From positions 1 to 57,587 of IMG/VR virus record IMGVR_UViG_3300048853_000105: a stretch of 57,587 nt of DNA. One strand, 5' to 3'. Numbering within the stretch: position 1 is the stretch's first letter; each line of letters opens with the position of its first letter. Below, piece after piece: positions 26,678 through 35,918 of the stretch. The stretch is from a virus. Taxonomy: Duplodnaviria > Caudoviricetes. The notes below the pieces were generated by a model. That model made no database searches. It worked only from the letters and a program-made list of their open reading frames with translations, and was not told the origin of the DNA. The position numbers and the translations under genes are program-made.

Positions 26678-26932
26678 ATGAAAGAGAAAAAACGTTACAC
26701 AGTAGATGAAGTTATCGATGGCTTGGACAGAAGTAAGTATTCAATCAGTCGAAGTGTAAATCCAATAACATCCGAAACAACGGAGAACATGGCCGGTGTG
26801 TTAAATCACAAATTCCCACTTTTAAAGCCGGAACAAAAGAAAGGTTTCTTCGATAAATATTCCAGCATAATCATATCTTTCATTGCAGGTTTGATTGTGG
26901 GTGTAGTCGCCTGCTTACTTGATGGATTTTAG
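26678..26932 (+). CDS. Hypothetical membrane-anchored protein
   Basis: C-terminal TM. Confidence 0.6.
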   Translation: MKEKKRYTVDEVIDGLDRSKYSISRSVNPITSETTENMAGVLNHKFPLLKPEQKKGFFDKYSSIIISFIAGLIVGVVACLLDGF

Positions 26933-26935
26933 ATT

Positions 26936-27244
26936 ATGAAAACAGCAAATGAGATTCTTATAGAAAAAGACGTATATCAGGCACCAACCGAAACCCTTGA
27001 AGGGAGGGTAATCTCTTCTAATGTCGATTTGATAACCGAAGCTATGGAAGTCTACGCTGATCAGTTTAAACATAAATGGTATGACCTTTCCTTTATTCCA
27101 AAGAAGGAAACTCATCAAATATACTTCATAGATGATGATGGCGATTTCGGAACAATGTATGTTTACCAAAATACATGGATAGTGGACGCGAAAGAGGCTG
27201 GCCTTGTTAAGTGGTCATACCTACCCGAGCTTCCAGTAATGTAA
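26936..27244 (+). CDS. Hypothetical phage protein
   Basis: EAMEVYADQF; WSYLPELP tail. Confidence 0.65.
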   Translation: MKTANEILIEKDVYQAPTETLEGRVISSNVDLITEAMEVYADQFKHKWYDLSFIPKKETHQIYFIDDDGDFGTMYVYQNTWIVDAKEAGLVKWSYLPELPVM

Positions 27245-27265
27245 ATTCAGTAAAGTTATAAAACC

Positions 27266-27526
27266 ATGGCTTACCAAAAACAAACTAAATCAGACAACAG
27301 GCGTATCTGGAAAAAGACAGGTGTTGATCCTAAAGATGGGGAATCTTTATATAGAGCCGTAAACGTAAAGATCAAAAAGAAGTCTTTTGCAAGACCTATT
27401 ATTCTCACAGGCTGGACTGCTTCAAGATATATGATCGAATTATTCAACAAATCAAACCTAGTCAAAGTAACATCTAAAGAGATTGATGAAAATAGGTCCG
27501 TTGCTCATGAAAAGGTGATCCTATAA
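27266..27526 (+). CDS. Basic hypothetical protein
   Basis: Operon ORF. Confidence 0.6.
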   Translation: MAYQKQTKSDNRRIWKKTGVDPKDGESLYRAVNVKIKKKSFARPIILTGWTASRYMIELFNKSNLVKVTSKEIDENRSVAHEKVIL

Positions 27527-27540
27527 TTAAGATCTAGAAT

Positions 27541-27578
27541 ATGCTTATACAACATTAGGAGCATAATTACTACCTTTA
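27541..27578 (+). promoter_or_regulatory. 24-bp box copy 5 plus promoter-like element
   Basis: ATGCTTATACAACATTAGGAGCAT, 6 nt, TACCTTTA. Confidence 0.65.
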
Positions 27579-28045
27579 TGCTAATGAATGATCAACACTC
27601 TGCTTTAATGATCACCGTGCTGCAAAAGGATTACCCTGAAATTGCAAGTATGATCACTGAAAAGATCAGGATAAGCCTGCCTGAATGCTCGCTTGATGAC
27701 CTGCAGTATATTGATCCGATTGTTACCAGCTTCAAAAAGGAGAAAGGCATTACAGAGCAAAACTGGACCGAGGGAAAAAGCCGGGTGAAGATCACCGAAA
27801 GCCGAGAGCAGCTGACTGCGATCATTCTGCTATTCTATCATCCCGAAAAGCTTATGCAGTTGACATCAGGAAATACCAGGCTGGGCGTGCTCAAGACGTT
27901 ATCTGGAATTCTCGGAACATCAAGGGAGGTGCTAAGCCTCACTGTTGCAAATGCGATTGTGGCATTCAAAGCTTATGAGGACTTCCGGGTTGAAGTGTAC
28001 AGGCTCTATGAGCTGATCAAAATCGAAAATCAATTTTTCAAATAA
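27578..28045 (+). CDS. Hypothetical protein
   Basis: 155-aa ORF, TAATG-coupled to next. Confidence 0.65.
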   Translation: MLMNDQHSALMITVLQKDYPEIASMITEKIRISLPECSLDDLQYIDPIVTSFKKEKGITEQNWTEGKSRVKITESREQLTAIILLFYHPEKLMQLTSGNTRLGVLKTLSGILGTSREVLSLTVANAIVAFKAYEDFRVEVYRLYELIKIENQFFK

Positions 28046-28242
28046 TGGCAAAGCAAATTAAACCAAGGTACCCGGCTGATCGGGAGAAACAAAGCCAGGC
28101 GTTCGTGAACGGCCTTGTGAGCGTTAGTATTTACACCACAGATCCAGGTGTTCAAATTTTTATAAAAGGTGATCATTCAGATGAGGTGGTGAATGATCTG
28201 CAGAACGCGGTTGATGAAGTTCTGAATCATCACCAAAAGTAA
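28045..28242 (+). CDS. Hypothetical protein
   Basis: TAATG coupling. Confidence 0.6.
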   Translation: MAKQIKPRYPADREKQSQAFVNGLVSVSIYTTDPGVQIFIKGDHSDEVVNDLQNAVDEVLNHHQK

Positions 28243-28379
28243 ACCCCGGGTAGTGTTCCCGACGAGATTCGAATTCATATCACTTAAGCCCAGATCATAG
28301 TTCGGCTCCACAAAATCGGCTCCACAAAATTCAAGTCCTGAGGCTGCCGGGAATCCACAAGCACAGGCATAGCAATACA

Positions 28380-28733
28380 ATGGTTAAATTAAGAACAGCT
28401 TTAATGTTGATTGGCCTGGTGGTCATGTCAGCACTTTACCCGGTCCAGGTGAAGGCTCAGGAACAAACGGATAACAAGGAGTTAGTGTCCACGCAGGTTT
28501 TCTCTGGAGAAGAGAAGAATCTCACAGACAGCCTGCTTTCAGTTGGAAAGGCGTTGACTGATCCGGAACTGAAGGCTACAGTTGTCGATGCCGTGAACGT
28601 TATCAAATCAACTCCAAAGTCTGGCGGCATAGATGCATGGTATGCCTGGCTGGTCGCGGCCCTTGGTGCTGTCTTCGGAGTTTACCAATACGTCAAGCGG
28701 TCGCTGGCTAAACCTAAGCTCACGACATACTAA
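28380..28733 (+). CDS. Exported protein with C-terminal membrane anchor
   Basis: Signal peptide VKA-Q; C-terminal TM followed by KR. Confidence 0.65.
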   Translation: MVKLRTALMLIGLVVMSALYPVQVKAQEQTDNKELVSTQVFSGEEKNLTDSLLSVGKALTDPELKATVVDAVNVIKSTPKSGGIDAWYAWLVAALGAVFGVYQYVKRSLAKPKLTTY

Positions 28734-28752
28734 AACCTAACAGAAGAAATTT

Positions 28753-28780
28753 AAAAGCCTCGTTTATTCGAGGCTTTTTT
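28753..28780. terminator. Bidirectional terminator
   Basis: AAAAGCCTCG-TTTATT-CGAGGCTTTT between convergent genes. Confidence 0.8.
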
Positions 28781-28782
28781 CG

Positions 28783-29136
28783 TCAATGAGAATTTGCCAT
28801 AAGCTTTGATAACTCCCTGTTTTCATCAAGAAGGTTAATTACTTTCTTTTGAAGTACGATGATATGCTCCCTGGCAGCTGATAAGTCAACAATCAACTGA
28901 TTAACTTTTTCATTACTTTCTGTCATCGGGTGGTATTTCTCGATGCAAATGATATCCAGCACACTAACTTCAAATAAGTCCGCTAATTGATTTAACCTGG
29001 AAATGTTAATGTCCGTCATGCCTGTTTCTATCTTAGAGAGTGCCGGTATAGAGATATGTAATCTCTGAGCGACATGTTTCTGACTCCATCCATTTTTCTG
29101 ACGAAGCTTACGAATATTAATACCTATTATGTTCAT
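28783..29136 (-). CDS. XRE-family HTH regulator (moron)
   Basis: IRKLRQKNGWSQKHVAQRLHISIPALSKIETG. Confidence 0.9.
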   Translation of the reverse strand: MNIIGINIRKLRQKNGWSQKHVAQRLHISIPALSKIETGMTDINISRLNQLADLFEVSVLDIICIEKYHPMTESNEKVNQLIVDLSAAREHIIVLQKKVINLLDENRELSKLMANSH

Positions 29137-29226
29137 GTTTTAAAGTTTGAACCCAAAGCATATATCGCGATTACTCAAGGTTGATAATAAATTTAAAAAT
29201 AATTCTCATACTATTCGTCTGCCTAT

Positions 29227-29265
29227 ATGCTTATTTGACATATACAGCATTAATGCTTAATTTTA
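29227..29265 (+). promoter_or_regulatory. 24-bp box copy 6 plus promoter-like element
   Basis: ATGCTTATTTGACATATACAGCAT, 7 nt, TAATTTTA. Confidence 0.65.
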
Positions 29266-29270
29266 CGTTT

Positions 29271-30053
29271 ATGAAGCTGAACATGGCGAATCTTGATTTT
29301 GATGCTGATGTTAATCTGGATGACTTTTCCGGTGCTCTGGATATCAATCTGGAGTTTAAGACACGATACATCAAGCCGCCAAAATCAAAGGAAATCGCAG
29401 AAAGAAATTTGAAGTACAGCAATGCCGTGAAGCTTGCAACCGACATCAAACAGCTTAAAGATTACCGCTACTTTGTGTTAGTTAATGGCAGCTTTATCTT
29501 CGGTGACTTCATAGAGGCCTTTATTGTTCAGCATAATCTACACGTAAAGAAGATGACGATATCAACCTTGTCGCTGTCTGAAAACAATGTAGATAGCCTG
29601 GCAATCTTGCTGAACGGTGAGTATCTTGACAAGCTGAACCTGATTGTGTCGGACTACTTTTACTCACATGAACGAAGTAACCTGGTGCCATATCTGTACA
29701 AGGAACTGGATAAGGGCAATAAGTTCCAGTTAGCAGCAGCAAGCACCCATTGTAAGCTTTGCATATTCGAAACGTATTGCGGTCATCACGTTGTGATTCA
29801 TGGATCCGCTAATCTTAGGTCCAGCAGCAATATCGAACAGTTTGTAATTGAAGAATCTAAGCAGCTATACGACTTTAACGACAAATACCAGGAATTCATA
29901 ATCAAGAAATTTAAAACAATTAATAAAAGCGTAAGGGGGAAAGAACTATGGCATCAGGAAGTAGCGGTAAATCCAGTTCGGGAAGAGCTGGAGCTGGAAG
30001 AGCAAGCGCAGCAAGGCAAAGAGCTGCCAGGTATAGGTTTAACAGAAGGCTAG
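29271..30053 (+). CDS. Phospholipase D-superfamily-like protein
   Basis: HCK...HGSANL...NIE. Confidence 0.65.
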   Translation: MKLNMANLDFDADVNLDDFSGALDINLEFKTRYIKPPKSKEIAERNLKYSNAVKLATDIKQLKDYRYFVLVNGSFIFGDFIEAFIVQHNLHVKKMTISTLSLSENNVDSLAILLNGEYLDKLNLIVSDYFYSHERSNLVPYLYKELDKGNKFQLAAASTHCKLCIFETYCGHHVVIHGSANLRSSSNIEQFVIEESKQLYDFNDKYQEFIIKKFKTINKSVRGKELWHQEVAVNPVREELELEEQAQQGKELPGIGLTEG

Positions 30054-30079
30054 GAATCAGCAATTCTTCGCCGTTTTAA
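29948..30079 (+). CDS. 43-aa Ser/Gly/Arg-rich basic peptide overlapping the PLD-like gene
   Basis: MASGSSGKSSSGRAGAGRASAARQRAARYRFNRRLGISNSSPF; ends 9 nt before terS. Confidence 0.55.
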   Translation: MASGSSGKSSSGRAGAGRASAARQRAARYRFNRRLGISNSSPF

Positions 30080-30088
30080 TATTCAATC

Positions 30089-30481
30089 ATGGAACCTTAC
30101 AAAAAGCCCGATTTAGCAAAATTCATACGGGTTCTCAAAGCTAAAGCAGGGAACATATCGGAAACGGCAAAGGCACTAAAGGTAGGCCGCCGTACCATAT
30201 ACCTATGGAAGGAAACTGACCCGGAATTTAGAGAAGCAATTGAAGATCAGACAGAATCGCTGATCGACTTCGCAGAAAGTAAACTCCTCACATCTATCAA
30301 TAATGGTAGTGATACTGCCATCATTTTCTTTTTGAAAACAAGGGGTAAGGCTCGAGGCTACATCGAGAAATCAGAAGTTGATCATACAACTAAAGGTGAA
30401 AGTCTGAATAAGGCGCTTGAGAAACTGACCGACGAAGAGCTGGAACAAAAGATCCTTGAATTAAGGGATAAGATGCAATGA
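30089..30481 (+). CDS. terS: Terminase small subunit
   Basis: N-terminal HTH, AIIFFLKTRGK; ATGA overlap with terL. Confidence 0.8.
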   Translation: MEPYKKPDLAKFIRVLKAKAGNISETAKALKVGRRTIYLWKETDPEFREAIEDQTESLIDFAESKLLTSINNGSDTAIIFFLKTRGKARGYIEKSEVDHTTKGESLNKALEKLTDEELEQKILELRDKMQ

Positions 30482-31935
30482 CATTATTGGCTCCCTCAAG
30501 AAAGCTCTTGATCGAGCAGATGATCGCGGAGCAGGAAAAATTCAAGCGCTCCGCAAAAAAGACCGTTCTTAATTTTACGAAGTACACCTTTAATCATAAG
30601 TTTCAAGCAACCTGGTTTCATAATTCATATTACCAGAAGCTGGACGACTTTGCAGAAGGTAGGATCAAGAAGCTGATGGTATTTGTGCCGCCACAGCATG
30701 GTAAATCGGAAGGTTCTACACGTCGCTTACCGCCGTACATGCTCGGGAAGAATCCCGATAGGAAAATAGCTATTGCCTGTTACAATTCGTCAAAGGCTCG
30801 AAAGTTCAATAGGGAGATCCAGCGGATCATGGAAGATCCAAGCTACCAGGATATATTTCCGGAGTCAAAGCTTTCCAATGGTAGTGATGGCTACGCAAGA
30901 ACCAGCGACGAGTTTGAAATGCTTGATCATCGAGGCGGCTTAAAGTCGGTCGGTGTAGGTGGAGCCCTTACCGGCGAACCCGTAGATATCCTGATCATGG
31001 ATGACTTGTATAAGGATGCAATGTCTGCCTGGTCACCAAAGGTTAGGGAGAATGTTCAGGATTGGTACGATACCGTGGCTGACTCAAGGCTTCACAACGA
31101 TTCACAACAGCTGCTAGTTTTTACCCGTTGGCATCCGGATGATCTTGCAGGATACCTGTTAAAGCAAGAAGCGGATGATTGGGAGGTCATTGTTTATCCG
31201 GCGATCAAAGTTGGTGAACCGAATGACTATGATCCACGTGAAGAAGGTGAAGCGCTATATCCGGAAAAGCATAACATAGAAAAGCTGCTCAAGACAAAAA
31301 GCCGTAATAGCCATGTGTTTGAATGTCTTTACCAGCAGAACCCGACATCAAAGATTGGTTTGCTATACGAGCCATTCCGAACCTATACACCTGGCTTTTT
31401 ACCCTACACGTCAAAGGTCACCAGGAAGGCTCAAATTGATACAGCTGATAAGGGTACCGACTTTCTCTGTTCAATAACATACGACGAAATAGATACCGGT
31501 ATGTACATCACTGATGTGATTTACACTCAGGAACCAATGGTTAAGACTGAACCTAAGACTGCTTTGCAGATGATGAAACAGTCTGTACAGCATGCTAACG
31601 TGGAGAGTAACAACGGGGGTGAGGGATTTGCAAGAAACATCGAAAAAGGGACTAGAATGCTGGGTAACACAAAGACGCGCTTCTCTACCTATCACCAGTC
31701 CGAAAATAAAGAGGTGCGTATTTACACTAAATCTGCCGACGTGACCAACATGATATTTATGCCAGATGGCTGGGACAAACTGTTCCCAAAGTTCTACAAA
31801 GACGTAACTGAATATATGGCACAAGGTAATAACGAGCATGACGATGGACCGGATACATTGACTGCAATGGTCGAGAACTTCGGCAAAAACATAGTTGTAG
31901 CTGCTCAAAGCAAGGCAAAATTAGGATTCTATTAA
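30478..31935 (+). CDS. terL: Terminase large subunit
   Basis: PPQHGKS, IMDD, TRWH, YQQNP, HDDGPD. Confidence 0.95.
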   Translation: MTLLAPSRKLLIEQMIAEQEKFKRSAKKTVLNFTKYTFNHKFQATWFHNSYYQKLDDFAEGRIKKLMVFVPPQHGKSEGSTRRLPPYMLGKNPDRKIAIACYNSSKARKFNREIQRIMEDPSYQDIFPESKLSNGSDGYARTSDEFEMLDHRGGLKSVGVGGALTGEPVDILIMDDLYKDAMSAWSPKVRENVQDWYDTVADSRLHNDSQQLLVFTRWHPDDLAGYLLKQEADDWEVIVYPAIKVGEPNDYDPREEGEALYPEKHNIEKLLKTKSRNSHVFECLYQQNPTSKIGLLYEPFRTYTPGFLPYTSKVTRKAQIDTADKGTDFLCSITYDEIDTGMYITDVIYTQEPMVKTEPKTALQMMKQSVQHANVESNNGGEGFARNIEKGTRMLGNTKTRFSTYHQSENKEVRIYTKSADVTNMIFMPDGWDKLFPKFYKDVTEYMAQGNNEHDDGPDTLTAMVENFGKNIVVAAQSKAKLGFY

Positions 31936-31945
31936 AATTCACATA

Positions 31946-33316
31946 ATGGCTGAAGAAGAAGTAAAAAAAGAAATTGACAGCACTGACGTTCGCTCGTTGC
32001 TGCTGGGTGGTTTAGTTGATGAGGCAAAAGCTTTGTTTTCCACCAGGAAAGATAAGGTTGAGGCTGCTTTGAAGGAGTGGAACGTCGCAACCCATAAGAT
32101 TCACGACCGGCCAAAGAAGTACGTGGATAGCGAAGAGGTGCCTCAAGCAAAGATTCCGCTTCCATATCAAAGAAAGATCGTTCAGTCTGCTGTTGCTTTT
32201 TTGTTCGGTAAGCCGGTGAAGCTTATTCAGCAGAGCAAGGGCACCGATAAGGCTTTCAAGATGATAGATGAGCTTTGGACCAGTATGCGCATGGCCACCT
32301 TGAACCGAAAGAACGCCCGGACGTTGTTCTCTCAGACTGCTTCAGCTAAGCTTTTTGTTGAATATAGAGATCCTGAGGCGGAAGGAGCCGAAGCTTTCAA
32401 CAGCATCAAATGCATCCTGCTAAACAAAGAAAATGGCAATGATCTCTACTACAAAAAGGATCAATACGGCGTGATGCAGTCGATTGCTCGTGGATACACT
32501 TCTAAGAGTGGAGATAAGGTGATTGAACACTTTGACGCTGAGTTCTCAGACATCATTGTATCATGTTCAAAGATTGACGGCTTTTGGCAAGTCAAGCCAA
32601 CTACGAACCTGGCTAAGAAGATCCGTTACAGTTACTATGAGCAGGAAGAAACAGAATGGGACATTGTACAGGCCATTATTGAACGTCAGGAGATGCTTGT
32701 TTCTAAGCGCGCTGATAACAATGACTACACTGCAGATTCAATATTAGTACTTACAGGTGATGTGGAATCGCTGCCAGGTAAAGAAGAAACCGGCAAGGTT
32801 GTTAAGTTAACCGGCCAAGGCGCGAGTGCATCCTATCTTTCTCCATCAATGGCCATTGATATGGTTAAAGATGAGCGTACTACCTGGGATAATTACATCC
32901 TGTATTTCACAGACACTCCCGATCTTACCAGTGATCAGTTGAAAAGCCTTGGACAGGACAGCGGCAAAGCTCTTGAAATGAAGTTCTTTCCGGCAATCCT
33001 TAAAGCCATGGACAAGCTGGAGCTTTTCGAGGAAATGATCGATCGTGAAATCAACATTTTAAAGGCTATGATCAAGAACATCATAGATGTGAGCCAAAGC
33101 ATGGCAGAGGAACTGAAAAACCTGAAGATCAGTTACGAGTTTGGAAATCCACTACCAGATAACATCAAAGAGTTCATGGAAACCTTATCGACTGCAGTGG
33201 GAGGTAAGCCGATCATGAGCCGCAAGAAAGCTGTTGAGCTTAACCCGCTCGTCAAAGATGCTGATGCTGAAAATTTGCAGATGGATAGCGAGGAACTATC
33301 TACTATTGAAGATTAA
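31946..33316 (+). CDS. Portal protein (SPP1 type)
   Basis: Follows terL; AFLFGKPV, SGKALEMKF. Confidence 0.88.
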   Translation: MAEEEVKKEIDSTDVRSLLLGGLVDEAKALFSTRKDKVEAALKEWNVATHKIHDRPKKYVDSEEVPQAKIPLPYQRKIVQSAVAFLFGKPVKLIQQSKGTDKAFKMIDELWTSMRMATLNRKNARTLFSQTASAKLFVEYRDPEAEGAEAFNSIKCILLNKENGNDLYYKKDQYGVMQSIARGYTSKSGDKVIEHFDAEFSDIIVSCSKIDGFWQVKPTTNLAKKIRYSYYEQEETEWDIVQAIIERQEMLVSKRADNNDYTADSILVLTGDVESLPGKEETGKVVKLTGQGASASYLSPSMAIDMVKDERTTWDNYILYFTDTPDLTSDQLKSLGQDSGKALEMKFFPAILKAMDKLELFEEMIDREINILKAMIKNIIDVSQSMAEELKNLKISYEFGNPLPDNIKEFMETLSTAVGGKPIMSRKKAVELNPLVKDADAENLQMDSEELSTIED

Positions 33317-33317
33317 A

Positions 33318-33353
33318 ATGTTGAAAAAACGTAAAGAGCATAACATACCTTTG
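33318..33353 (+). promoter_or_regulatory. 24-bp box copy 7 plus promoter
   Basis: ATGTTGAAAAAACGTAAAGAGCAT, 4 nt, TACCTTTG. Confidence 0.6.
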
Positions 33354-33359
33354 AAATGC

Positions 33360-33446
33360 TGATGGACAGCGTACTTATTCATTTTGATTTATGTTTGGTT
33401 TTAAAGGTTAGTTTGACCGGGTGGAGTGGTTCCCATCCGGTTTTTT
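33360..33446 (+). ncRNA. Predicted sRNA U8 (~85 nt, U-rich)
   Basis: Promoter above; terminator ACCGGGTGG...CCATCCGG-T6. Confidence 0.55.
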
Positions 33447-33448
33447 AA

Positions 33449-33661
33449 TTATCTATTTGTTTCAATTGTAATCAACAATATTTCAATATGTCTTTTGTAA
33501 GCATCATGTAGCTGAACAAACCTGTTATTACCATAGTCATAAATGCATGCGACCGGAAGCATTAGATTCAAGTTCATTTTTTCAATCAAGGTGTTAAGGT
33601 TTTCGTTTTTTGTGTAGACGCTATCATTTGAGTAGACGTCATACTTAATTCCAATGAACAT
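33449..33661 (-). CDS. Small moron protein
   Basis: Opposite-strand AT-rich ORF. Confidence 0.5.
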   Translation of the reverse strand: MFIGIKYDVYSNDSVYTKNENLNTLIEKMNLNLMLPVACIYDYGNNRFVQLHDAYKRHIEILLITIETNR

Positions 33662-33699
33662 AATTGTGGGTTTTTCTCAATGTAGTCTTAATAGCTGAT

Positions 33700-34755
33700 A
33701 TGCCTGATAAAATTAATAAGAAATTCGAAGCCAGACACTTGGCTGGAATTCAAAGAGTCCAGAAAAAGCTTCGTTCAGAATACTTGAAGACCATTCAAAA
33801 GATCTACCGAAAATTGCCATTACTGGCGGTGAAGTCAGGCACATTCAGGATCTCAGATTATCCGGCATTAAATAAGAAAGTCACAGACGTGCTGATGGAC
33901 TTCACACAAGAAGTAAATATTACATTACTAAATGGCATCAATGAACAGTGGGAACTATCTACTGAAAAGAACGCGGAGGTAATCCATAAGCACTATGCCG
34001 GCAAGAAGCTGGCAAGCGAGGTTGAACGAATGATCTATGATCCGCAAAGTGCAGCCCTAGAGCAGTTCACTAAGCGAAAGATTGCAGGTCTTGATCTTTC
34101 TAAACGAGTACTAAAATACACTACGCAGCTTCAGGGCCAGATTGAGCAGAACCTTTTTGCCGGGCTTAGTGAAGGCAAGTCAGCTGCAGCTATGGCCCGT
34201 GACCAGGTTAAGTATATGGAGAATCCGGAGCCGCTTTTCAGAAGGGTACGCGATGCTGATGGGAAACTACAACTATCATCTGCTGCTAAGAAGTACTATG
34301 AAGATCTGGGTGCACCGGGTCAAGGCGTATACAGATCACCTTACAAGAACTTCATGCGGATTACCCGTACCACAATCAATGACAGCTACAGAGAAGCGGA
34401 TATGGTGCGATATCAAAATCTGCCATTTATCATTGGATACCAGGTGAATTTGTCAAACAATCACCCGCGCACAGACATCTGCGACGACCTAAAAGGAACC
34501 TATCCTAAAACATTCACCTGGAGAAGGTGGCACCCGCAATGTATGTGCAACTGCACGGCAAAACTTGCAAGTCCGGATGACTACGACAAATATGAACAGG
34601 CTTTACTTAATGGTACAGCAGATAATTTTCAGTTTAAGGGAAGGGTAAAGGAAACGCCTTCAAATTTCAAGACCTATGTTGAGAAGAAGCAAGGTTCCAT
34701 GGATAATTGGAAGCGTAAACCTGACTGGGTAACAGACAATGGAATTACAATATGA
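33700..34755 (+). CDS. Head morphogenesis/minor capsid protein (SPP1 gp7/Mu F-like)
   Basis: RITRT, DICD, WHPQCMC. Confidence 0.85.
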   Translation: MPDKINKKFEARHLAGIQRVQKKLRSEYLKTIQKIYRKLPLLAVKSGTFRISDYPALNKKVTDVLMDFTQEVNITLLNGINEQWELSTEKNAEVIHKHYAGKKLASEVERMIYDPQSAALEQFTKRKIAGLDLSKRVLKYTTQLQGQIEQNLFAGLSEGKSAAAMARDQVKYMENPEPLFRRVRDADGKLQLSSAAKKYYEDLGAPGQGVYRSPYKNFMRITRTTINDSYREADMVRYQNLPFIIGYQVNLSNNHPRTDICDDLKGTYPKTFTWRRWHPQCMCNCTAKLASPDDYDKYEQALLNGTADNFQFKGRVKETPSNFKTYVEKKQGSMDNWKRKPDWVTDNGITI

Positions 34756-35134
34756 GTCTATAGGTAATACTACCGGCCTTTTTAAACAATTTACCTGAAT
34801 TTGAGTTCATGCTGAACCTATCGACTGGAGCGACTAGGTATAATAAATCATCTACCTGCAGTTTTACGGTATTAAGGTTAAGATCTTTTAAGATGGTAAA
34901 GAGTTCTGTTTGGAGTAGTCTTAGTGCTCTTCTATTTTCCCCCAAATCAATGTTAAGTTCTTCTAGGGTCTTGGCTGGACGAAGTTCATGAGATAAATGA
35001 ATTACATCGCTACTATGTTCGTTGACTATTGATCTTTCAATTGCACTAGGAAGCGGATTGTTGATTTGATATTCAAGTGAGTAGATTACTTCAAGAGTTT
35101 TTATGTACCTCTCGAACTTTTCATGCAGTGTCAT
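34745..35134 (-). CDS. Moron hypothetical protein
   Basis: Opposite-strand ORF, start MTLHEKF. Confidence 0.55.
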   Translation of the reverse strand: MTLHEKFERYIKTLEVIYSLEYQINNPLPSAIERSIVNEHSSDVIHLSHELRPAKTLEELNIDLGENRRALRLLQTELFTILKDLNLNTVKLQVDDLLYLVAPVDRFSMNSNSGKLFKKAGSITYRLIL

Positions 35135-35257
35135 CGAGTTAATTTTTGGTAAAAATAGTAAATGCTTTACGTTTCCATATTCGTAAAGCATTAAAAAACT
35201 CACTCCAATTTATCCTCTTTAATTTTAGGCTTATTCTCAAAAGCTTAAAAAACAAAC

Positions 35258-35908
35258 ATGAAGGACAAAGTATTGGCACGACTGCGAGCGCTGTTTCCAG
35301 GAGTGAACCTATCTAAGACTCGTAAAGACAAAATCGCGGACTATGTGGTTTCTAAAATCACCAATGAGGACGAGATTGATGACAAGCTTAATGACTACAA
35401 CGATTTCATGTCGTATGCGGACATTGCTAAAATTGACGACCGTCAACGTGAGGCCGACAACAAAAAAGCAAAGGACGATGCAGATGCTAAAGCGAAAGCT
35501 GATGCTGAAGCGGCTGAAAAAGGTGCTGAGGACAATCAGGACGATATGCCAGCCTGGGCAAAACCATTGATGACCAAGATTACATCTCTGGAAACCCAAC
35601 TTGCTGGCGAAAAAGGCAAATCAACTATCAACGACTTTAAAGCTGCTGCAAAAGCTAAAGGTATCCCTGAAAAGTACCTGGAGAAATACGCTTCAGTTTA
35701 TACTTCGGTGGAAAACTATGATCAGGAAACTGCTCTTGCAGCCTTAGAGACTGACTGGACTGAAACAAAACAACTCGCAGTTAACGGAGAAGTGAAGGAT
35801 GGCAAAGTCATTATTGGCGATGCAGCTCCAAGCGGAACTCCTGCTGCAAAAGCGGCCATTAAATCCGGAATGGAAGAGGCTCTAAAAGGTTTAGTTGAAA
35901 CAGTTTAA
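35258..35908 (+). CDS. Capsid scaffolding protein
   Basis: Position; MPAWAK motif; helical. Confidence 0.75.
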   Translation: MKDKVLARLRALFPGVNLSKTRKDKIADYVVSKITNEDEIDDKLNDYNDFMSYADIAKIDDRQREADNKKAKDDADAKAKADAEAAEKGAEDNQDDMPAWAKPLMTKITSLETQLAGEKGKSTINDFKAAAKAKGIPEKYLEKYASVYTSVENYDQETALAALETDWTETKQLAVNGEVKDGKVIIGDAAPSGTPAAKAAIKSGMEEALKGLVETV

Positions 35909-35918
35909 ATACTAAAAA

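Noticed and set aside
28243-28330. Possible tRNA gene
   Set aside because: Only a T-loop-like word; no cloverleaf can be built
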